Position numbers and translations under genes: made by a program
Source of the DNA: Acanthaster planci
Taxonomy: Eukaryota
Length of the DNA stretch: 64,000 nucleotides
Assembly (NCBI RefSeq): GCF_001949145.1
Contig: NW_019091357.1
Location: forward strand, 3,682,228 to 3,746,227
Direction of reading: 5' to 3'
Part shown: positions 1-14,239 of the stretch, piece by piece
Position numbering within the stretch: position 1 is the first letter of the stretch
How the letters are laid out: each line of letters begins with the position of its first letter
Notes under the pieces: generated by a model
The model's database searches: none
Told to the model about the DNA's origin: nothing
The model's input: only the letters and a program-made list of their open reading frames with translations

Positions 1-572
1 TGGATACGACAAAATTCTTGTAAGTGGGCGGAATTTTGCTAATGACAGTCTTTCTGTAGGCTTAATTTGTATTGCTAAAGGTCACTTGGTTCTTTTCAAA
101 TTCTATTTGGTCATTCATGCCATGCATACATGTAAAACTCAAGCCAAGTCTGACATGTCTGCAGAAAAAGTTGTCTGGTTACTTAGCCCATGGAGGAAGG
201 ACCATACAGGATAAAATGTGTAAAATATAAAAATATGTAAAAGAACACTTGATACATTAAACTAAAAACCAACAAAACACGATTTGCAAATGTAACACAG
301 ATGAAAAAATCATTAGAAAGTCAAAAACTGACCACAACAAATTATGTAAAAGGAATTCCAATATACACTAAGAATTGTATACGTGTACACATTGGCTGTT
401 CTGCCACTGCTTGTATTTGTGTGCTTTTTAAGTATATAGGAGTTTTATGGGTTCACATGACAGTTTGTTGAGTGCACAGTAATAATGACGTATCTCAGAC
501 AGCAGAGAGGGCATTGCATTTTGAATTTCCCTCTGTAAAGCTGCCGTGATTGACTTTTTTCCCGTGCGCCAG

Positions 573-2330
573 ATGATGGATGCTAACCAGAAGTGGGGAG
601 TGGACGAGACCATCGAGTGGATGGGCAAGTTGGCCATGTTCAAACCCCTGTGGATTGAGGAGCCAACTTCTCCGGATGACATCCTGGGCCATGCTAAGAT
701 TGTTCAGGTATGTCGTCACGGCGTGTGGAAGGCTTCACCTTAGTGCCTCAAAATAACAATGTCTACTGCATTTGGCTTGGGCTTCTTGTCCATCCACAGT
801 GATATAAATAATAACAGATTTTTTCAGGTTCATAAACTTTACCATATAAATGTACCACCTGCTCTGGATCCTTGTTCAGAGTCAATCAAAGTTATTGTCA
901 GTTTTATTTTATTGCCAGAAAGGAATGGTCCTCCCATTTGTCCTTAATGCTTTTCATGTTCATCCGTCAGGCCATGAAGCCCCTTGGCATCGGGGTGGCT
1001 ACCGGGGAACACTGCCAAAACCGAGTCATGTTCAAGCAGTTCCTGCAAGCCGGTGCCCTGCAGTACTGCCAAATTGACAGCTGTCGCGTTGGCAGCATCA
1101 ACGAGCTGCTCTCCATCATCCTCATGGCCAAGAAATTTGGAGGTCAGTAGATATACATTGTAGATATTAAATTATCAAAATTATCAAACTGTTTAATACC
1201 TCCACTTCCTCATGTGTCATAGTTTAGTAACCACTGCGTTTCGAACTAGGGTGTTACTTCTAGGGTGTTACCTCTAAGACTGTAAGTTTTCTGTGCATTG
1301 CCGTAAAAATCATGATTCCCACTATATCGCTGGTATATTTAATGAAGTCGTGAGGTTTCAGGACTGTATTCCTTCATTGGAAGTCAAAACCACAGAGTTT
1401 GAAAGGAAGAAGTAATGTTTGAGTTTGCATGATATTTATCTGCAGTTCCGGTTTGCCCCCATGCCGGAGGGGTGTCGCTTTGTGAGCTGGTGCAGCACGT
1501 CATCATGTTTGACTACCTGTGCGTGTCGGCTACACTGGAGAACAGGTAAGGCAAGCTTCATTGCCTGGGGACTTGTTTCCTAGACCTTGAAGATTACTTT
1601 ACTTACAGATTACTCTGTGCATATGTACATGTACTTATGCTTTAGACAACGCAGTCATGTACATCTTGTGTCATTGCTAATAATTTTCATTATCCTTTGA
1701 TTCTCTCTGTCAGAGTGTTGGAGTACGTTGACCACCTGCATGAGCATGCCAAGTATCCCATTGTCATGAAGGACACGTGCTACACACCTCCGAAGGTAAA
1801 CCTATCCATTGGCGTGTACTTTGCAAGTTAGGGTCGAGCCACAAGCACCGCTGTGCCACTGTGGCTTCCCTATGGTGTTGTGTAATGTTGGAACATATAG
1901 TCTCAGGTTGCTTGCTTCTGAAAGTTTGGTCTGCAGCTAGCAGTGGCACACGCATTTATGGGAAGTGGCTGCAGTCGCTAGACACTAGCTTTCCTAGGCA
2001 CACCCACACCAAGGGATGGGGGGGGGTTAGGGGATAATTGGCCCCCCCGATGTGAAAATCCATCCAGATGCCCACCAGCAGAAAGAAAAACACTGGATTC
2101 TATGAATGTCTTAAATGAATGTCTATGAATGTTACAAGTGGAACATAGCGTGTGTGAAATCATGGACTTGCCTTGTGTAGATTCATTGGATTTGTATATG
2201 TACGGTTTTGGTTGAAACGTAGGAGCCTGGCTACAGTACAGAGCTGAAGGAGCAGACTCTGGCAGACTACGCCTACCCAGCGGGTCGAGTGTGGCAGGAC
2301 CTGGCCAGGGAAGGAAAGGTCACCCTCTGA
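573..2330 (+). CDS. ENOSF1: Enolase superfamily member 1 (L-fuconate dehydratase, rTS-beta-like), 3' part; 5' exons lie upstream of the window
   Basis: GT-AG exons with matching phases at 573-707, 971-1142, 1446-1545, 1714-1795 and 2223-2330 (TGA). They translate to [10 protein letters not shown]...[15 protein letters not shown]...[21 protein letters not shown]...QIDSCRVGS...PVCPHAGG...EYVDHLHEH...EPGYSTELK, matching the ENOSF1 C-terminal half I recall. Confidence 0.96.
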
Positions 2331-3497
2331 TGAGTTGACCTCCCAGCAGGCTTTGCTGCAGGTCAGGTCAGGCCGATTGAGATTCCTTTTTAAAGCAGGA
2401 CATTTCGGCCTTCTGGATGACAAACTTGTTTATCATTTCCAACACAGCATTTTGTCTATATGCTTTCGCCATGCCTATGATTAAGGCATTGATAAAAATG
2501 TTTTTATATCATCATGTATTTCTCTTCAGTGGTGAAGGAATTTTGTACAGTTGGGATATTTTTGCTGTTATGCTAAATTTATATTTCAAAACTGAGATCT
2601 TGGGCAATTTGGTATTTTTAATGATTTTTAAATATTTATTGAGGAAAGTCGTGCAATGAAATGTGGAATATTATTCTAATGTATTTTTCAACATTGAAAC
2701 ATCTCAGTGCCATATAATTTCCAATTACTTATTCTTTATTCACTGAAATTTAATGTATACTAAAGGAACAGGTGGTACTATTTTGAAATTTGCTCTTCAA
2801 ATTGAAAATCACACTACGAGAATCTGTACCAGCAATTTGGAATTCCTTGCCTGTGGAAACATCGCTCAGTTTTACCTTAATATGTTTTCATCCATCTAAG
2901 AGTTTTATATGTACTTTTGATATCAACATTTAATTGTAAACCTTTCTGACTTCGAAATTTGTTCCAGTGTGTCTTTGAGATGCAGTTTTATGTGTAGGAC
3001 AATATATAATCGAGTCATGTTTTCGTAAATGTTTCAATATTCCTAGTTACATACAGATTATCACCTCATTCATCTAAGCAAGTTCAAAGTTGTCAGAGCT
3101 ACCATTCTTATAATATCCCCTAAAACAAAATGGTGCACATCCAGAGTCGACATAATTTTTCATAGGTTTTACCTATCTGATGCCTACTATTACTAGGTGT
3201 GAATATGAGTGGTTTACCAAGATGGAGAGCAAGTAAAAAAACAAAAACAAAAAGGAGTAGAGAACAAAAAGCACCTGAGCCTCATTTTGTGGGGATAATT
3301 GTCTCAATTTCGTTTTCAGAGTATGCATCACTACTCCTTAATACTTGTTTTGTTAATGGCTTATCATAGGTAGCATAGCCGCTTCGATCAGCAAAATTAT
3401 AGCGTTGTACAAATTGAGTGGTTTGTTACACCTACTCAAATGAGGACGAAAATACGGTCCGGTAGTTTTGCCACTAGGACTACTAAGTTCCTTACAT

Positions 3498-6400
3498 CTA
3501 CGGCTCGATGTACTCGTCAATGCAGACCCGGTAGCGTGGCCCAACATCGCAGTACTCCCAGTCGATGGTTGGGTGGCCCTTGATAAAACACCATGGCTTG
3601 CCGCGGCCCGGCCCAGCCTCAATGCCCAGGGTACGGCAATAGTTCTCCTCGGTCTTGAAGGCTTTGCTGTGGGTGCAAGGCGCAGAGAAAAAATCTCAGC
3701 AAGTTGGCTTTGAAAAGCGTAATTTGAAGTCCCGTAAATTTTGGCCGTGACGTTTAGTTGGCTGTCCCCTTTCTTAAATAAACGAATATATGTACAACAA
3801 ACACCTAAAATTATACCATAACGACATTAATAATAGGCCTACCGTAAAAAGGTCAATGATGTTACTTTACACAACAATAAGAGTATACCGAAACTCATTA
3901 CCATCAAATACTCATTACGATATCCATCAAATACCCGAACGTTAAGCTTGAAAGTGTGGTTCGTACTATAATGAGACTTTCCAGGACTGCAGATATTCAG
4001 GGAGGAAATGCCACAAATTTACAGGCCGAATTATGGTACCCACGTTTGCTTCGACGAACGTGATGTTGTCGTCAAACTTACTGGTACTTCTTGTTGTTGA
4101 CCCTGTCCCGCCAGTACTCGCAGGTGTACCCAGATACCGTGGTGCTGACGAAGCCGCGGTAGTCCTGTCCGTCCTTCTCGGTGTAGCACTCCGGCCGGTA
4201 CCCGACGTATGGTGCTGTCGAGAAGGAACAGCGAAACTTGCAAGCTGATCTGGGCGCAGTCTTTCAGAATACCGAAATCGGCACGGCCCGAATGAAAGGC
4301 CCAGTAGGGGCTCAAGACCGCGCCTGCATCGTCCTGCGATTTTCTGTTAACGCGTTTGGCCTTCACGGTCTCTGATAAATACCTGTACCGACTGTTCCGT
4401 CCGTACCGGCGCGCTCGGGGCTGCCCACTTCAGAGCGGTCAAACACATTCTGACACTGACAAGGATTGCGTAAACTGGCAGGTATGCAAGTGCTGTCGCT
4501 GCGATGCTGCTAGATATGAGAACTACACCGACTAAACCCACTCTGTCTTATAAACTTTGCCGGTGTTTCGGCAAGGAACGCCGAATCTGGCATTCCCAAG
4601 TCACAGTAACGGTGCAACTAAGTGAAACAAACACTGAACAAGGGCAGGCCACACAAGGTATCACAACTCAGCACCAGCAGAGAGAGGTTGTACTGTGTGC
4701 CTTGGTGAAGTTATTTTGCAAACTTACCGACCAGTTTGAGGTGTTCGTTCAAGCAGACCTCGTGACGGTCGCCCACCTCGCAGTACTCCCACTCTACATC
4801 CGGGTCTGTGGTGAAACAGAACGGCTTCTTGCCCCGGCGATAGGCGTGACGCCGGATGCGGCAGTAGTTGTCATGGTGACCGAACAGCATTACGTTGCCC
4901 TTAGCGACGGGATGAGGCAGCTGCTGTAGCCACCGTTGGCAGGGCAGTCCTGTGAAACGGAGAAGGAACGGGGTACATGATATGTGGTTGGTGAAATACA
5001 GGTGTTTTGTTTCGTTTTATTTTTGAATACCATTCTTTATGACAGGTGCCTCCGCATATCTCATGCGGAGAAGAATCTGTTTTGAGGTAGTATGATTCAA
5101 AATCGCTACCATCTGTCATGCAAGATGTCGCAAACACGTTCAACATCAATCATCGTGTTCTTATACTCAGAGAGGTATTTTGAATCGTTCTTTTAATTTA
5201 AGTAGATGCAAACATAAATAATGAAGAGAGGAACCCTCTTAGGAAGCCATGTGTTTCCGTGACATTGTAACTCACCAGAGCGAGTGTAGTTGACGAATCC
5301 ACGGTAGTCACTTGCGTCGTTCCGGAGGTAACATTCCGGATATGAGCCGACATACAGGGTATCTGTCAAAAGAAGGGACGAACAGAAATATATTGCCCTA
5401 GACCAAGAAAGATACACGTGTTGTCATTTGCAGTGTTCTATTGTCTGGGCGATTTTACATCGTGCAAGTATTCATCGCCAAGAAACCAGTCAGTTTCACT
5501 GTGAGGTATAATCCCTATAGTGTGATATTTTTTTGAGGAAAACCGATGTTATTTTAAAATTATAAGAACGCTTAAAAACCACTCGAATTCGGATGCCGCT
5601 TGTGTGTACTACCTTCGTTTTCATCGAACTTTCTGCCTTCGCATTTGTCGCATGGTAGACCTACGTCACAGTACTCCCACTTCACGTCGGGGTCAGTGGT
5701 GTAGCACCAGGGCCGACGCCGATTGGACAGCCTGATGATTTTGCAGAGTAAAGTGTACAGGTATTGGATATGTTCTTATGCAAATTAGCTTCTGGTGGGC
5801 TTGACCATTGTGGCTTGAGCAAAACATCGGAGAGTTAAACAGGTATGAGAGACCGAGAGGTGCAGATCCGTTAACGGCCATGCTCTGGCTAAACATTTGA
5901 ATGCCTCCCCCATCCGCTCATGGGAATCGTGAATGCCAAACATTGGCAGAACAAACTCATGAGAAATAGTTTGTTCACTTACTGTTTGCCGTCCCTTTGG
6001 TAGCCGATGTTCCTGCAGTAGTTGTGGTCACCAAATCGGACCGAATCGCGGCCTGGCTTGTACTTGTTTTTCCGCTTGTGAGGGTAGTCAATGTTCCACA
6101 TTTGGCAGACACGCCCGCTCACTGTCCGGCTGACGTGACCTAGGTAGTCCGCCCCGAAACGGTCTTCGTAACACTCCAGGTTTTTGCCATCACAGACCTG
6201 TTCTCCTGTTTAGATTCGAAGGATGTCAGAACCCCACGAAATTCATGCTGTGTCTTCGGAAGTTTGATAAACACTAAATTTTGTTGCTCGATAACCCTAT
6301 GCGTTTTCTCTGTTTTAAGCTTAACATGAGGTAGATGCTACCGTAACATCCCGAGTTTTTCCGTAACATCTCTGATTTTTTTTTTTTGGGGGGTGATGAT

Positions 6401-9055
6401 TTGGGAAAAAAGAGAGTGATTCCATAGTGTCTAGATGTACCATTAAAATGTACCAGCATCAGTGTCGCGACAGGTAAAAATAATCGCCGTAAATTTGGTT
6501 CAAGCGTGATCAGACAAAGTACAGGGTATATGTGGTATAATAACCTTACCCACATCGGGAGGTTCCTTCGACTCGCCACACTGGTCTTGGAATTCCCCCA
6601 CATCGCAATAGCCCCAGGAGCCAGCCGGGCCGGCGACGTAGCACCACGCCGTCCGCCGCTTCGTGCCATCGGTGTGCGGCGCTGCCGTGTTACGGCAGTA
6701 GTTGGCGTCGTTGCCAAACTTCTCCCTGGTGGCAAAAAACATTATAACGTGCGAATGCAACTCGAGACTGTGCCCTTCATCCGGCAAGTACAATTCCGAC
6801 CGCACTGGCTCAAACTGGCACTGGCTCCATGCTCAGAACTAGCCGTCACAGGTCAAAGCCGTTTTTCGGCGATCCAAATCGACACAGTTTTCACCGATGG
6901 ACCTGCACTCACTTTTCATTTATTTTAGAACAAGAGAACCGGTTTCGCACCCTGTCTTTACCTATAAGCAGCCTCGACTTTCTCGCAACCCCAATCAATG
7001 CAAGCCTGGCCGCTGGACGTCACCGAGATCGTGCCCCGGTAGTCGGCTGCATCAGGGCGGGTGAAACACTCGACTCCGTCCCCAATAAAGGTACCCCCTG
7101 AACAAAGATAGGAAAAACTCCCGTGTAATATTGTTTAGAAGAAGATCGCGTACGGGCACTAGTGGGACTGTCCTTGCGTCCCTCTGCGATCTAACCGCCA
7201 CGCTGACATACTCAGTGCACTAGTGATTGATTCAATCATCAATTTGCCCAGTTTGTATCCTTTCGTTAGAAATTACTTTGGCTTCTCTTTAATTTTCTTT
7301 CAATATTCAGGCCACAGTGTCCCATGTACTAGATTTTCACTGGCGAAGCGAAGCAATATATTACATTTTAAATGGAGAAAGCATGACGTGGATTTTCTAC
7401 TTTCGAGTAAAGACAGACACTGGACCACCTTCCGTAACTGTCTTCATCTGCACGGCTCTTTTACGTGATCTCATCTTTCCTCTCTTTTAGATTTTGGAGG
7501 AGGTAAAGAAAACGGGAATAAAATTTTTTAATTATTCATCCTCTAGGCCTATTTGCAACAAACTGTTTCAATACCGTTGTCGGATGCCTCCGAGATGGGT
7601 CCTGCGAAGTCGAAGAAGGACAGGGAGCTGAAGGAACTGTCGATGATCTCGGTGGTGGTCGGCGGAGGGGGCACGGTGGTGGTCGGAGGAGGTGGTAGGG
7701 TGGTGGTTGGCGGTGGTGGTAGGATGGTGGTCGGTGGAGGGGGCACAGTAGTGGTCGGCGGGGGGGNAAGGGGGCTCGGCGGTGGTCAGCAGAGGTGGTA
7801 GGGTGGTGGTCGGCGGAGGGGGCTCGGTGGTGGTCGGCGGATGGAGCGGCAAGGTCGTTGGTGACGGAGGTGTAAGGGTTGTCGTTGGTGGAATTGGCGA
7901 GGTAGTCGGCGGTGGTGGGGGAGGGAGGGTTGTTGGAGGAAGAGGGGGCGGGGTTGACCCCGGTGGGCAATCGAAATCGATATGGAGAGTGCGGTACAGT
8001 ACAACTACGAAATTGAATAGGTATACGAATAATTACTGTGAATTCAATATTCAAAAGCACTGCCAAACTGGGAAATAAAAAAGAAATATATTCTCGAGTT
8101 TACTCTGTACCAGATATTTTTTCAATCGAAGTGTATCTGGTTAATTCATTTCACACTCAATGCACTCCGAAATTCACAGATGAAAGTACTTATGACAGCT
8201 GTTATAAAGCTTGAGCATGACCATTTTCTAAAAATAAATTCTAAACTCTCATTTTTTTGTATTGAAAGTAATATAATATTAGGCAATTCTTCGAGATGTG
8301 TGGAGATTTTACCTTTTGCCTTTTCGATGGCCTCCGCTGTCAAAAACAAAGACAAACAAGCGACACAATGGAATGTTACTATAAAGGCGGTTGAGGTTGC
8401 ATTCATTCTACCCGTATAAACATTGTCTCTACTTCTATGAATAACATGCCAAAAAGTAATAAGTAATTCATGTTAATGCCCTATCAGTGAAATCACATGA
8501 TCAACAAGAACAACCTCTGAACTACTTACCTAACTCGTCACAAACGATGCCTGGAAAAAACAGAAAACATTTTAAAATAGAGAATTCAGAACCTCGTCTG
8601 AACGCGTTTCATATTGGCTACTGCCTCTTTCTCTAACAGATCGTGTTTGATGCGAAATTGTCCGAATTCCAAAACTCTGTCGAGAGTTAACATTTCCCGA
8701 TGACATGTTGACCCTACGGAATTTGTACTGCGAGTCCACATATATCCTCGGAATATACCGAGTCAAGATCGTATCATTTTATAGGATAATATTTTTTTCT
8801 TTGGCTTACCGACAGGAGGAGGTCTCCCAAAAGTGGTGACATCGCGTGCCCGAATATCTATACAGACCAGCAAAAACAGAAAAATCAACGCATTTTGGTT
8901 GATTGTGTCGACGCCCTTTTCAAAATGCACTCTTGCAGTACACATAAAAACAGTTTTTTAAAGAATGAGAGTAAAAATAACTTACCGTTGAATCCAGCGT
9001 TGCAAGAAAGCAGACTGTTGAGGATTACAGCCACTACGAAATGTCTGAACGGCAT
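3498..9055 (-). CDS. Secreted multi-kringle protein (signal peptide, Pro/Thr mucin-like tract, four kringle domains, no serine protease domain); plasminogen/apolipoprotein(a)-like kringles
   Basis: Minus-strand exons: 9055-8986 (MPFRHFVVAVILNSLLSCNAGFN, signal-like), 8857-8810, 8550-8530, 8004-7575 (P/T-rich, apparent frameshift at N 7767), ~7479-7429 (boundaries less certain), 7097-6962, 6725-6550, 6205-5983, 5731-5613, 5362-5276, 4949-4728, 4214-4082 and 3666-3498 (TAG). Four copies of the C..DY(R/L)G..T.SG..C..W..NYCR..(W/F)C..W(E/G)YC..C kringle pattern are present. Confidence 0.88.
7640..7955 (-). repeat. Coding tandem repeat, ~24-bp unit encoding PPPPTTT(L/V/E)
   Basis: Repeated ggtggtggtcggcggagggggc-type units on the + strand; they lie within the P/T-rich exon of the kringle gene. 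Confidence 0.85.
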
Positions 9056-10721
9056 TCTTTATGCTGAGCAACGGTAAAAACAGGGAGGTATATAAGAAAG
9101 AAATCTTCGGTCGTAAATCTTTTTCCAGTAACTGTGCCATTGTACAATGGCGTAATACCAATGGCAAATGAAACTGGCTCGGTTTTATATAACAATTACT
9201 GGTATTCCACATTTGCAGAGTTTACCTGCGTAGCTTATTTCCACCCGAGAACGACTCCTTGGCTTCAAGCAGCCGAGGTGAAAACTGGTGATGGCTAAAT
9301 TTTGAGCCCCCTTTAAATAGTGCTGACAATCGACGTGTTGTATTATTTTGCCCACCTGGTGTCTTCCCTGGGACATCGTTTGTTTGCATCACAGTTGTGA
9401 ATCAGTGTGCCTTACCCCCATCCACCAATTCATCAAATTTAGTCGAAATGTTGTTGTAAAGTTGAGATTGACAGGTCATAGTATGAAATCAAATAGGCAG
9501 AACGATGCTTATAATCCCATATTTCACTCTCAATTCAATAACAGGCTATTTGTTCCATCAATAATCAGTATATTGGCATAGTCAATATATTGATACAATT
9601 ATATTTGCATCAACCTGTTGAAGAAAAAAAAATAATTTCTGCATATAAATGCCTGTAATCAAAACAACTCCGCCAAGCACACAGTTTGTATTTTATTGCC
9701 TTACCGATCAATAATTATGCGCTGGCATTAGTGTAAATCTTTACATTGGCGGATATGGATCACAGTATCCACAGGTACCCACATCCTTGGTTGACTTTGA
9801 AAATTTAATCATACCAAATTGGCCTAAGTTATTTGAAAAGACAGCCGCTCCTTGATGTTTACATTTTGCTGACGTGACTTTGAGTGGTTGTCAATCATTA
9901 TTCGTGAGCAAGTTATACGAATGTCTTTAGATCTGTAGGGTGAAGGTAAAATTGCTGGGTCGCTTTCTAACATTAATTGGCGACCAACATTTTAAAGGCT
10001 TAATTCAGGGAGCGCGTATACCATCATTTGTAACATTTCTCACTCGGCACAATCGGAAAGCCAGTGAAATTTGCCAGCCCACAAGAGAAAATTATCCCGG
10101 CAGCGTAAAAACAAAATGTCTTGTGATTAGTGATTTTATGAAGGATGGACTGGTACACATCTAAAACGGGAACACAACAAAGATGCCCCCATGTTCAGTT
10201 TAATTTGTAATAGACCTTCACTGTTTCGTGGAAAGCTAGCTAGCCCAGGTTGAGTTCCGCCGTGGTTGTTGCGAAAATGTCACAACAGCCAAGATACTCC
10301 CGTTAGACTGAGACAAGTCTAGTAACATCCGGGGCAACGATAAACAATATGGCTGCGGATATAATCATGGAAGAGAAGGCATACTTAGTCACTACACTGT
10401 GCAAGTAATGTGGTCTTGTTAGCCATTTAAACGGTATCCTGTGGCAGCACAAATTTGGTGAGTTTTACCATTTTGATGGAAGTCGCTGAATCAGCTATTA
10501 CGATTAATATTTAAGGAACAAAATAAACAAAAAATGAACTTTAATCCAAGTTGTCCAGTGTCCAGACAAATGACTCGCGGGACTCACACGACTAGACTCA
10601 CAACATGACTCTGAACGTTAGGCCTTCTCGGTCCAACCTCGATCTACGGCTATGGTTTACAAAGCTTGTTTAAACTGAACTCTTTTTCAATTAGAAACGC
10701 GTCATAAGAATGGACTGCTGA

Positions 10722-12249
<1,528 letters not shown>

Positions 12250-14239
12250 TGTGACCTCGTCTAGTTGTGTCCCCTTATTTATTGTTCAGTCATGTCAGCA
12301 GCTGTAGCCAGGTTGTCACAAATTGTCATTAATCAGTCTTGAGTTACAAGCCGTTTCCGTGAACTGTGACCATGGTGACAAACGGATGCCTTTGTCATCT
12401 TGACCATTGTAATCAATATCACAAGTTGTCACTTGTCACTCAAGCTGTCACATCACAAGTCATTTAGCCTCATCAAGTGATGAGCTATTTCAGTGAAATG
12501 ACAGAGGCAGTCACTGCTCATTCAGTAATAGAGGATCTTATGATTTTTTTATATCTGCTTGCGATAGAGCTTACTGTAAACTTGATTAATGGCAGACAAG
12601 TGAAACACTCACATTGCCCAGGCAATAATGATTACAGCCCTATTTCAGTGCTAGGTCACTAACACTCCAGTAGGAAGTGATAGCAATATTTACAATAATG
12701 CATCACTCAAATGTTTGAAATAAACTTTGCTTTGCTATAGGTACTTTGATAAGTTTTCCAACAACACTTACACCTTAATGCCAAGTATTCAAGAATGTGT
12801 CCTGTAAACTCCGTCCTGAAAAGGGTATTTAGTGACTTTGACAGTTGAGGGTATTAATATTGTTCTAGCAGTCTCAGAATAGTGTTTTCTTAGAAACAAG
12901 TGCTTTTAGCATCCAGGTACATGTACGTTGACATAATATATGTATTAAACATGTAGAAAGATTGACATTTATTTTTCAAGAGATCGACTTTGCACCTCCA
13001 ATGGAGAAGAATTTGTCCTTTGTTTTTGTTAAAAATTTGAGTGGCAAATAACTACAGCAAACACTAGGGCAGATTTCAAGTCGCTTTTATGAAAGCTTTA
13101 TTATACATGTACGATATTGTATTTCATTTGGTACTTAGTCAGCAAAACGGCCAAATATATTAAATCAACATTAGTATCAATTTGCTTTGAGCACCTAAGT
13201 GTCCATTATTCATTTCTCCCGTTTCCAATAGCAAGGGCTGACTTCTCCAAACAGGTAAACCTCTTTTTCCAAAAACCTCATAAATAAGAGGCATCAAATG
13301 CAGAATGGTAGCTCTTTAAAATGTGCGCCAAAAATGTGAATGAGAAAAAATACAGAATGATCCATGACCCCAAAATAAAGGTGACAAAAAGTAAAATGTT
13401 TAAAAAGAAAGGAAAATGTACATTTAACAGTAAAAGGTGGGGGAAAAAAACAAAAAAGCCCATGGTTAATGCCTGTGATGAAACAAAGTGCCCTGTTTTA
13501 TAACTTGACCATCATCCAGACTAATACGTGAATTTTCCAATTCCATTTCATGGAATATGGCAGTTTACCCATTGGTTTCACCAGAATGGTGTGGTCTTTG
13601 TCCAATTCTGGAACCAAATTGAAATATGTCAAAATGGCCCTCATTTAGATTATTAATTCTTTGGAAAGAATTCCATTCTCCACAATTTCTTTTAGAGGAG
13701 TTACTAAAAAAAGAAAAGAAAAAACTGCAACAAAGATGATTGTCGTACATAGCCTAACAGTCCTCAATCATTTCATAGCTTCTTCCTGCAAAAGTTTGAT
13801 GAGATTAGAGTAGGAATGAGAATTTCTTTCTCACCTTAACTTTCTTAAAGCATATCAAACAATGTTTGCTAGTAAAAGAACTTTCATAATGTACCAGTAC
13901 TTCACTGAAAAGAAGGGAAAAATCAACACGAAGGCTTGGTGCAGCTTCAATTCAAAACATTCTTTGGTGTTTAACCTGCACCACGTTGGAAATTATTTAT
14001 CAGAAGTGCAAACAAGCTACTCTTTTGTGCCTTGGGAGTCTAAAATGTGTTGTGAAATTCAGCATCATCATTTTGTAAAAAAAAAAATCTAAATGACATA
14101 ATACCCCAATGTTATGCATCCATTTGCCTTGTAAGAGGTCAAAGGTTACAAAGTATTCCACAGCAGACTGGAGGGGTGCTTGGGCAAATAGTATTTTTTA
14201 GGGGAGGCTGCAAGGCTTCTTGTGGTCTCTCTGACACAG

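Noticed and set aside
7958..7962. Apparent missing AG acceptor for the mucin exon
   Set aside because: An in-frame phase-1 acceptor (ttcaatttcgtag) exists upstream at 8004.
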